Positions 17,275 to 24,639 of a stretch of DNA of 64,000 nucleotides are shown here, one piece after another. The DNA comes from Pseudonocardia sp. (GTDB taxonomy: Bacteria; Actinomycetota; Actinomycetes; Mycobacteriales; Pseudonocardiaceae): positions 11,495-75,494 of the forward strand of contig JAOZVV010000002.1 of the NCBI GenBank assembly GCA_025869365.1, in the 5' to 3' direction. The notes beneath the pieces are model-generated. The model was not told the DNA's origin. It made no database searches and worked only from the letters and a program-made list of their open reading frames with translations. Numbering within the stretch: the first letter of the stretch is position 1; each line of letters begins with the position of its first letter. Made by a program: the position numbers and the translations under genes.

Positions 17275-18993
17275 GTGTCCGTATGGCTCCCCCTGCGCCG
17301 AGCGGTCAAGATTACCCACGTGAGCCGAGCAGTGGACCGCAGACCAGGCGCATCACGGGGTGCCCCCGTCAACCGCAACGGAGTCGAACGGACGGCGGAC
17401 TCGGCACTCTTCGACGGCTATCTCGAACCGGACCGCCCCCATCCGGACGCCTACGACGAGATGTTCGACGCCGACGGGACGGTCCGTGCCCCGTACCGCC
17501 AGCTCCACGACGCGATCGCCCCCACCGCGGCGGCGGACCTCACCGTCCGGTCCGAGGCGCTGGACCGCGCCTACCTGGACCAGGGCATCACGTTCTCGCT
17601 GTCCGGCAAGGAGCGTCCGTTCCCGCTGGACATCGTGCCGCGGGTGATCAGCTCGGCGGAGTGGAACAAGCTGCAGCGCGGCATCGTGCAGCGGGTGAAG
17701 GCGCTCGAGGCCTTCCTCGCCGACGTCTACGGGGACGCCCAGATCGTCCGGGACGGGGTGCTGCCGCGCCGGCTCATCACCAGCTGCGAGCACTTCAAGC
17801 GCTCCGCGCACCAGCTCAACCCGCCCAACGGCGTCCGCATCCACGTCGCCGGGATCGACCTGGTGCGGGACGCGGAAGGCACCTTCCGGGTGCTGGAGGA
17901 CAACCTGCGCAACCCGTCGGGGGTCTCCTACGTGATGGAGAACCGCCGGACGATGGCGCGCGTCTTCCCGGACCTGTTCACCCGCCAGCGGGTGCGCGCG
18001 GTCGGGGACTACTCCACCCACCTGCTGCACGCCCTGCGCGTCGCGGCCGCGCCGAACGTCGCGGATCCGACGGTCGTCGTGCTGACCCCCGGCGTCTACA
18101 ACTCCGCGTACTTCGAGCACTCGCTGCTCGCCCGGCAGATGGGTGTCGAGCTCGTCGAGGGGCGTGACCTGTTCTGCCGGGACAACATCGTCTACATGCG
18201 GACGACGGAGGGCGAGCAGCGCGTCGACGTCGTCTACCGCCGCATCGACGACGACTTCCTGGACCCGCTGCAGTTCAAGCCCACGAGCGTGCTCGGGGTC
18301 GCCGGGATCATGAACGCCGCCCGCGCCGGGAACGTGGTGATCGCGAACGCGGTCGGCAACGGCGTCGGCGACGACAAGCTCGTCTACACCTACGTCCCGG
18401 ACATGATCAAGTACTACCTCGACGAGAAGCCGGTCCTCCCCAACGTCTCGACGTTCCGGTGCTGGCTCGACGAGGAGTGCGGGCACGTCATCGACACCCT
18501 CGACGAGCTCGTCCTCAAACCCGTCGAGGGCTCCGGCGGCTACGGGATCCTGTTCGGCCCCAACGCCTCCCGGAAGGAGCTCGCCGACGCGCGCAAGTCC
18601 ATCCGGGCGGACCCGCGCGGCTGGATCGCCCAGCCCGTCGTCCAGCTCTCCACCGTCCCCACCCGGGTCGACGACCGGCTGGTCCCGCGGCACGTGGACC
18701 TGCGGCCCTTCGCGGTCAACGACGGCGAGAACGTGTTCGTCCTGCCCGGCGGCCTCACCCGGGTGGCCCTGCCGAAGGGCAGCCTCGTCGTCAACTCCAG
18801 CCAGGGCGGCGGGAGCAAGGACACCTGGGTGCTGGCCCCGAACCGCGCGCCGGAGGCCGAGCGGGAGCTCGGCCAGGCCGGTCTGGCGTCCCCGATCGGC
18901 CCGGTCCAGGCCCCGGCGGCCGAGCACGGCCCGGAGCTGACGATCGGCCAGCAACAGCAGCAACAGCAGCAACAGCAGGGATGTGACGACTAG
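17275..18993 (+). CDS. circularly permuted type-2 ATP-grasp protein (COG2308-like) with C-terminal poly-Gln tail
   Basis: ...YDEMFDADGTVRAPYRQL...QGITFSL...PFPLDIVPRVIS..EW..L.RGIVQRVKALEAFLADVYG... is family-typical. The start is uncertain (GTG 17275 or 17320). Confidence 0.88.
   Translation: MSVWLPLRRAVKITHVSRAVDRRPGASRGAPVNRNGVERTADSALFDGYLEPDRPHPDAYDEMFDADGTVRAPYRQLHDAIAPTAAADLTVRSEALDRAYLDQGITFSLSGKERPFPLDIVPRVISSAEWNKLQRGIVQRVKALEAFLADVYGDAQIVRDGVLPRRLITSCEHFKRSAHQLNPPNGVRIHVAGIDLVRDAEGTFRVLEDNLRNPSGVSYVMENRRTMARVFPDLFTRQRVRAVGDYSTHLLHALRVAAAPNVADPTVVVLTPGVYNSAYFEHSLLARQMGVELVEGRDLFCRDNIVYMRTTEGEQRVDVVYRRIDDDFLDPLQFKPTSVLGVAGIMNAARAGNVVIANAVGNGVGDDKLVYTYVPDMIKYYLDEKPVLPNVSTFRCWLDEECGHVIDTLDELVLKPVEGSGGYGILFGPNASRKELADARKSIRADPRGWIAQPVVQLSTVPTRVDDRLVPRHVDLRPFAVNDGENVFVLPGGLTRVALPKGSLVVNSSQGGGSKDTWVLAPNRAPEAERELGQAGLASPIGPVQAPAAEHGPELTIGQQQQQQQQQQGCDD
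18949..18978 (+). repeat. in-frame (CAG/CAA)10 microsatellite encoding Q10 near the C-terminus of the ATP-grasp protein
   Basis: cagcaacagcagcaacagcagcaacagcag is a 9-bp unit x3 plus one extra codon. The protein ends ...TIGQQQQQQQQQQGCDD. Confidence 0.9.
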
Positions 18994-19937
18994 TGCTCGC
19001 CCGCAACGCCGAGTCCCTCTACTGGATCGGGCGCTACGTGGAGCGTGCGGACGACACCGCCCGGATCCTCGACGTGTCCGTCCACCAGCTGCTCGAGGAC
19101 GCCACCATCGACGTCGACGCGGCCGCGCGCCGTCTCCTCGGCGTCCTCGGGATCGAGCCCGGCACCGAGGAGCCGCTCGACGCGTTCTCGCTGACCGAGG
19201 CGGTCGGCTATGCCGCGGACTCGCCCGGCTCGATCGTCTCGTCCCTGACCAGTGCCCGGGAGAACGCCCGCGGCGCCCGCGAGGTGGTCTCCTCCGAGAT
19301 GTGGGAGTGCCTCAACGCCACCTGGAACGCCCTGCCCGAGCGGCAGCGCTACGCCCGGTGGGTGGGCCCGCACGCGTTCTTCTCCTACGTGGAGGACCGC
19401 GCCGCGATGTTCTCCGGGCTCGCGGCGTCGACCATGAGCCGGGACGACAGCTGGCGCTTCTACCTGCTCGGCCGCTCCGTCGAGCGGGTCGACATGATCG
19501 TCCGGTTGCTGATGAGCCGCGTGTCGGACCGGATGAGCTCGCCGGGCTGGCTGCTCGTGCTGCGCTCCGCGGGCGCGCAGGACACCTACCTGCGGACCTA
19601 CCGCGGTGCCGTCGACGCCATCCGGGTCGTGCAGTTCATGCTGATGGACCGGCTGTTCCCGCGCTCGGTGTTCCACTCCCTCGCCGAGGCGGAGAGCTGC
19701 CTGCAGCAGCTGGACAACCGGCCCACCGCGCGGGTCGGGGCGAACGCGGAGGCGCTGCGGCTGCTCGGCCGCGCTCGCAGCGAGCTGGAGTTCCTCCGCC
19801 CGGAGGAGCTGCTCGACGACCTGCCGGCCCAGCTGCTGGGCCTGCAGGAATGCATCCGGGACGTCGGCGAGGCCGTGTCCCTGCAGTTCTTCCACGCCGC
19901 CCCCTGGGTCGCCTGGACGGCACCGGAGGTCGTGTGA
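18993..19937 (+). CDS. alpha-E domain protein (COG2307-like)
   Basis: MLARNAESLYWIGRYVERADDTARILDV... is the canonical N-terminus. GTG overlaps the upstream stop. Confidence 0.9.
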   Translation: MLARNAESLYWIGRYVERADDTARILDVSVHQLLEDATIDVDAAARRLLGVLGIEPGTEEPLDAFSLTEAVGYAADSPGSIVSSLTSARENARGAREVVSSEMWECLNATWNALPERQRYARWVGPHAFFSYVEDRAAMFSGLAASTMSRDDSWRFYLLGRSVERVDMIVRLLMSRVSDRMSSPGWLLVLRSAGAQDTYLRTYRGAVDAIRVVQFMLMDRLFPRSVFHSLAEAESCLQQLDNRPTARVGANAEALRLLGRARSELEFLRPEELLDDLPAQLLGLQECIRDVGEAVSLQFFHAAPWVAWTAPEVV

Positions 19938-20779
19938 TGGGTTGGCGGATCAGAGTCGTGCACGAGACCGGCTACCACTACAACGCGCCGGTCCACGAGA
20001 GCTACAACGAGGTGCGGCTGACCCCGCGCAGCGACGGCCACCAGAACGTGATCGTCAACCGCATCGAGACGGTGCCGGCCACCCGGTCCTACCGGTACGA
20101 GGACTACTGGGGCACCCAGGTCACGGCGTTCGACCTGCACGCCCCGCACACCGAGCTGCACGTCACCGGGACGTCGGTCGTGGAGACCGGCGACGAGGTC
20201 GAGCCGGTCGCCACGGCCACGTGGGAGGACCTCGCGAGCGAGCCCGTCCGGGACCGCTACACCGAGATGCTGGAGTTCACCGAGTACGTCACGAAGGACC
20301 CGGCGCTGACCGAGGTGGCCCGCGGGATCAAGCGCGCCAACGCCCCCGTCGACGCGGTGGCGGCCGCCTGCCGGTGGGTGCACGAGAACATGACCTACCA
20401 GGCCGGGACGACGGGCGTGCACACCTCGGCGCCCGAGGCCCTGGCGGCGGGCGAGGGCGTGTGCCAGGACTTCGTGCACCTCTCGCTGGTGCTGCTGCGC
20501 GAGATGGGCGTCCCGTCCCGGTACGTGTCCGGATACCTGTTGCCGCGCAAGGACACCGCGGTCGGTGAGACGGTCAGCGGGGAGAGCCACGCCTGGATCG
20601 AGGCCCGCACCGGCGGCTGGTGGGGATACGACCCGACGAACGACATGCGGATCGGCGAGCGTCACGTCTGGGTCGCGGTCGGGCGGGACTACGCGGACGT
20701 CTCGCCGATCAAGGGCATCTACTCCGGGGGCTCGGCCGAGGCCCTGGACGTCACCGTGGACATGACCCGGCTCGCCTGA
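19937..20779 (+). CDS. transglutaminase-like cysteine-protease-fold protein with N-terminal bacterial TGase domain
   Basis: ATG overlaps the upstream TGA. Catalytic-core motifs GEGVCQDFVHL ... SHAWIE ... YDPTN (Cys-His-Asp). Confidence 0.9.
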   Translation: MGWRIRVVHETGYHYNAPVHESYNEVRLTPRSDGHQNVIVNRIETVPATRSYRYEDYWGTQVTAFDLHAPHTELHVTGTSVVETGDEVEPVATATWEDLASEPVRDRYTEMLEFTEYVTKDPALTEVARGIKRANAPVDAVAAACRWVHENMTYQAGTTGVHTSAPEALAAGEGVCQDFVHLSLVLLREMGVPSRYVSGYLLPRKDTAVGETVSGESHAWIEARTGGWWGYDPTNDMRIGERHVWVAVGRDYADVSPIKGIYSGGSAEALDVTVDMTRLA

Positions 20780-20801
20780 GCGTTCCACGGGACCGGGGTG
20801 C

Positions 20802-21500
20802 TCAGGTGCCGGTCGTGCCCCGTTCCAGCCGGGTGAGCCGGGCGCGGATGTCCTCCAGGACGGTCCGCACCGGCGCGCTCAGCCCGGCGGCGGCCTGCTG
20901 GGTCCGCGTGAACGCGATGCCGGCGACGGCCGCGCCGACGGCCGTGCGCGCCGCCCTCCGGTCCACCCCGGTGGACGCGAGCGCGGCGCGGACCGGGTCC
21001 TCGGCCGGGCCGCCGGCCAGGCCGAGCAGCAGGTGCTCGCAGCCGATGTAGTTGTGCTCCAGGCGCACTGCCTCCTCCGTGGACCGGACGAGGGTGGACG
21101 CGAGGTCCGCGGGCGCCGCGCCCGCCCGCGCGGCGAGCCCGCGCGCCTCCGAGAGCAGGTCCGGCGGCTCGACCCCGAGCGCCGCGAGCACGGTGAGCGC
21201 GAGGTTCTCGCCCTCCGCGACGACGCCGGCGAGCAGGTCGACCGAGGTGGCCGGATTGTCCCGCTCCTCGCCCGCCCGCAGCGCGGAGCGGACGGCGGTG
21301 CGGGCGCGGGCCGTCATCCGGGTCCAGCCGGGCGTGTCCGCTTGCGGGTTCTCGGTCATGCGCGCTCCTTGCGGGCTCTCCCCGGTCGACGCCGACACCG
21401 CGTCGGCGAGGGCCCGCTGGCACACCGAGGAGACGGGGATCCCCGCCTCCCGCACGGCTGCGGCGAGCTCGTCGGGCAGGTACACGTTGATCTTCGGCAC
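20802..21500 (-). CDS. ribbon-helix-helix-like N-terminus fused to a Clp N-terminal (Clp_N repeat) domain
   Basis: GTG start with GGAG 6 nt upstream. MPKINVYLPDELAAAVREAGIPVSSVCQRALADAV is antitoxin/CopG-like. Later ...LEHNYIGCEHLLLGL and ...DLLAGVVAEGENLALTVL resemble Clp_N repeats. Confidence 0.7.
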   Translation of the reverse strand: MPKINVYLPDELAAAVREAGIPVSSVCQRALADAVSASTGESPQGARMTENPQADTPGWTRMTARARTAVRSALRAGEERDNPATSVDLLAGVVAEGENLALTVLAALGVEPPDLLSEARGLAARAGAAPADLASTLVRSTEEAVRLEHNYIGCEHLLLGLAGGPAEDPVRAALASTGVDRRAARTAVGAAVAGIAFTRTQQAAAGLSAPVRTVLEDIRARLTRLERGTTGT

Positions 21501-21516
21501 GGCGACTCCGGATCTG

Positions 21517-21538
21517 GGGTTATAGGTAGGGTTATAAT
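21517..21538. promoter_or_regulatory. direct repeat GGGTTATA-N4-GGGTTATA in an AT-rich patch; candidate operator and -10 (TATAAT) region
   Basis: ggggttataggtagggttataatc lies between the divergent RHH::Clp_N gene and the hydrolase gene. TATAAT is at 21533..21538. Confidence 0.35.
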
Positions 21539-21589
21539 CCCAGACGTGGCCCGTCGCAAGTGTCGGTCCCCGCCGCTACCGTGCGCCCC

Positions 21590-22342
21590 ATGACCGTCGT
21601 CCTCGTCCATGGGAACCCCGAGACCGCCGCCGTATGGGATCTCCTGGTCCCGCTGCTCGAGCCGTCGCCCGTCGTCCGGCTGTCCCCGCCGGGGTTCGGC
21701 GCGCCGGTTCCCGAGGGCTTCGGCGCCACGATGACCGAGTACCGGGACTGGTTGATCGACGAGCTCACCGGGATCGTCGCCCGGGAGGGCGCCGTGGATC
21801 TCGTGGGCCATGACTGGGGCGGCGGCCACGTGGTGAACGTCGCGATGGCCCGGCCGGACCTGCTGCGCAGCTGGGCGAGCGACGTCGTCGGCGTCTTCGA
21901 CCCGGAGTACGTGTGGCACGAGCTGGCGCAGGTGTGGCAGACGCCGGAGGCGGGCGAGCAGGCGGTGGCACGGATGGTCGCGGCGCCCGTCGGCGCCCGG
22001 GCGTCCGTCCTGGCCGGGCGGGGCATGGACGCGCGGGTGGCCGAGCGGGTCGCCGCGGGCATGGACGAGGCCATGGCGCAGAGCATCCTGCGGCTCTACC
22101 GCTCGGCGGCGCAGCCGGTGCTGGCCGAGGCGGGCAGGGACCTGGAGCAGGCCGCACGCCGGCCGGGACTCGCGATCCAGGCGTCGGAGGACCACATGGT
22201 CGGCACGGACGAGCAGCGGCTCCGTGCGGCGGCCCGGGCGGGCGCGCGGGTCGAGGTGCTCGACGGTCTCGGGCATTGGTGGATGGCCGAGGACCCGGCG
22301 CGTGGCGCGGCGGTGCTCAACCGGTTCTGGGCGGGCCTGTAG
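21590..22342 (+). CDS. alpha/beta hydrolase
   Basis: MTVVLVHGNPETAAVW... and nucleophile elbow VGHDWGG. An alternative GTG start is at 21560. Confidence 0.85.
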   Translation: MTVVLVHGNPETAAVWDLLVPLLEPSPVVRLSPPGFGAPVPEGFGATMTEYRDWLIDELTGIVAREGAVDLVGHDWGGGHVVNVAMARPDLLRSWASDVVGVFDPEYVWHELAQVWQTPEAGEQAVARMVAAPVGARASVLAGRGMDARVAERVAAGMDEAMAQSILRLYRSAAQPVLAEAGRDLEQAARRPGLAIQASEDHMVGTDEQRLRAAARAGARVEVLDGLGHWWMAEDPARGAAVLNRFWAGL

Positions 22343-22940
22343 GGCCGGGCAGGGGCAGGTCCGCCAGCGGGATGCCCTGTTCGAGCCGGGCCAGCACGGC
22401 GTCGAGGGTGTCGACGTAGCTGCGTCCGGGTTCGCGGGTGACGAGGGACTGCGCGGCGAGCCGCGCCCCGGTCACCACTCCGGCGAAGAGCTGGACGTCC
22501 AGGCCTCCGGGGTCGAGGCCGAGGCCCTCCGCGATCTTCGTGGCCACCTGGTCCACGCCCAGGCCGTTGCGCTCGCGCACCGCCGCGGCGATCTCCGGCA
22601 CCGTGCGCGCCAACCCCATCCGGATCTCCTCGAGCTCGCGCTTCTCCGGGTCCAGCCGTCCGAACGCCGTCGCCAGGCCCCGGCGGAACGCGCTGAGGAG
22701 CGGGGTGCCGGCGGGCAGCTCGTCGAAGGCCTCCGCCATCAACGGGTCCACGTCGTCGAACAGGACGACGTCCTCCTTGGTGGGGAAGTAGCGGAAGAAC
22801 GTGCTGCGCGAGACCTCGGCCGCGGCGGCGATGTCGTCGACGGTCGTGGCGGCCCAGCCGCGGTCCCGGAAGAGCCGCAGCGCGTGGGCCTGGAGCTCGG
22901 CACGGGTCCGGGCCTTCTTCCGTTCGCGCAGGCCGGTCAT
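22317..22940 (-). CDS. TetR family transcriptional regulator
   Basis: RERKKARTRAELQAHALRLFRDRGWAATTVDDIAAAAEVSRSTFFRYFPTKEDV. Confidence 0.9.
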   Translation of the reverse strand: MTGLRERKKARTRAELQAHALRLFRDRGWAATTVDDIAAAAEVSRSTFFRYFPTKEDVVLFDDVDPLMAEAFDELPAGTPLLSAFRRGLATAFGRLDPEKRELEEIRMGLARTVPEIAAAVRERNGLGVDQVATKIAEGLGLDPGGLDVQLFAGVVTGARLAAQSLVTREPGRSYVDTLDAVLARLEQGIPLADLPLPGPTGPPRTG

Positions 22941-23022
22941 CGGAGGAGTATGACACCCCGGTCCGAAGTGGGACTGAATATCAACTGAGACTGAGTGTCA
23001 TATTTGGTGCTAACCTGGTGGC

Positions 23023-24579
23023 ATGACGCAGACACAGCAGGACGTCCTGGTGGTGGGGGCGGGGCCGACCGGTCTCACGGCGGCGGTGACGCTCGCGCGC
23101 TGGGGAGTGCGCGTCCGGGTCGTGGACGCGGCCGCCGGCCCGTCGGCCGGGTCGCGGGGCAAGGGCCTGCAGCCCCGCACCCTCGAGGTGCTGGACGGCC
23201 TCGGTGTCACCTCCGGGCTCGTCACCCTCGGCCGGTTCCGGATGCCGATGCGGCGCTACGTCTCCGCGGAGGACCGCACCGGCACGGTCGCGGACCTGCA
23301 CCCCGGCGCCGAGCCGACGCCGGACAGCCCGTACGCGCGCCCGCTGCTGCTGCCGCAGTGGCGGACCGAGCAGGTGCTCCGCGAGCGGCTCGCCGAGCTC
23401 GGGGTGGAGGTGGCGTGGGGCTCGCGCGTCACGGACCTCGCGCAGGACGCGGACGGGGTGAGCGTCACGTTCGAGGGCGGTGACACCGCGACGGCCTCCT
23501 TCGTCATCGGGTGCGACGGCGGCGGCAGCACGGTGCGCCGGCTCGTGGGCGTCGACTTCCTCGGCGAGACCCACGAGGGCGTCCGGATGCTGCTCGGCGA
23601 CGTCGTCCTGGAGGGGCTGGACCGGGACGCCTGGCACGTCTGGGGCTCGCGCGCGCACCCGTTCGTCGGCCTCTGCCCGTTGCCGGCCACCGAGACGTTC
23701 CAGCTGCAGGTCGCGCTCGCGCCGGACGGGCCGGCGCCGGAGGCGGGCCTCGAGAGCTTCCAGGCCGCGATCGACGACGTCGTCGCCGGCGTCCGGATCC
23801 GGGAGGTCAGGTGGGCGTCGCGCTGGCGGCTCAACGTCCGGATGGTGGACCGCTACCGGGCCGGCCGGGTGTTCCTCGCCGGGGACGCCGCGCACGTGCA
23901 CTCCCCGGCCGGGGCCCAGGGCATGAACACGGGCATCCAGGACGCGGCCAACCTCGGCTGGAAGCTCGCCCACGTCCTCGCCGGGGCGGATGCCGGGCTG
24001 CTGGACACCTACGAGGCCGAACGGCTCCCGGTCGCGGCGGACGTCCTGGGCCTCTCGACGCTGCTCACCGGCCGCCGGCTCGGCGAGCGCGGGGCGGAGG
24101 GCGAACGGGCGCTCCAGCTCGGTGTCACCTACCGCGGCGGGCCGCTCGCGCCGGAATCCGGGGGATCCGATTCCGGGGGATCCGATTCATGGGGGCCCGA
24201 TTCCGAGGTACAGGGCCCGCGGCCGGGCGACCGCGCGCCGGACGCGCCCGTCCGCACCGCCGCGGGCGTGCCGGTGCGCCTGTTCGACCTCCAGCGGGGC
24301 CCGCACTGGACCCTGCTGGGCTTCGGGGTGCGGCCGCCGGTCGTCGGCGGTCCGGTGCGCACCGTCGCGATCGGCGGCCCGGATCCGGACGTCCTGGACA
24401 CCGACGGGAACGCCGGGACGGCCTACGGCGCCTCCGACGGCGAGCTGGTCGCGATCCGTCCGGACGGGCACGTCGGCCTGCGCGGCCCGGACGCCGGCGA
24501 GATCGTGACCCGGCTGACGAGCCTCCTGCCGCCCACGCTCACCACGCCCGGTACGGCCCGGACCGCCAGTTCGGTGTGA
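23023..24579 (+). CDS. FAD-dependent aromatic-ring monooxygenase (PheA/TfdB-like)
   Basis: DVLVVGAGPTGLTAA dinucleotide fold and the GDAAHVHSPAGAQGMNTGIQDA motif. C-terminal thioredoxin-like extension. Confidence 0.9.
   Translation: MTQTQQDVLVVGAGPTGLTAAVTLARWGVRVRVVDAAAGPSAGSRGKGLQPRTLEVLDGLGVTSGLVTLGRFRMPMRRYVSAEDRTGTVADLHPGAEPTPDSPYARPLLLPQWRTEQVLRERLAELGVEVAWGSRVTDLAQDADGVSVTFEGGDTATASFVIGCDGGGSTVRRLVGVDFLGETHEGVRMLLGDVVLEGLDRDAWHVWGSRAHPFVGLCPLPATETFQLQVALAPDGPAPEAGLESFQAAIDDVVAGVRIREVRWASRWRLNVRMVDRYRAGRVFLAGDAAHVHSPAGAQGMNTGIQDAANLGWKLAHVLAGADAGLLDTYEAERLPVAADVLGLSTLLTGRRLGERGAEGERALQLGVTYRGGPLAPESGGSDSGGSDSWGPDSEVQGPRPGDRAPDAPVRTAAGVPVRLFDLQRGPHWTLLGFGVRPPVVGGPVRTVAIGGPDPDVLDTDGNAGTAYGASDGELVAIRPDGHVGLRGPDAGEIVTRLTSLLPPTLTTPGTARTASSV
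24157..24201 (+). repeat. 15-bp in-frame tandem repeat x3 (SGGSD SGGSD SWGPD) inside the monooxygenase gene
   Basis: tccgggggatccgat tccgggggatccgat tcatgggggcccgat. Confidence 0.85.
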
Positions 24580-24639
24580 TCCGCACGGGGGTGCCGGTCG
24601 GCGCAGGAGCTCCTGCCGCGCAGCCGGACCCGGTGCGGC

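Noticed and set aside
22949-23002. An 8-bp inverted repeat TATGACAC...GTGTCATA, and ACTGA x3, between the TetR gene and the FAD monooxygenase gene. Considered as a TetR operator.
   Set aside because: The arms are 38 nt apart, far more than typical TetR operators, and the ACTGA repeats are short. It is plausible but too weak to report as a feature.
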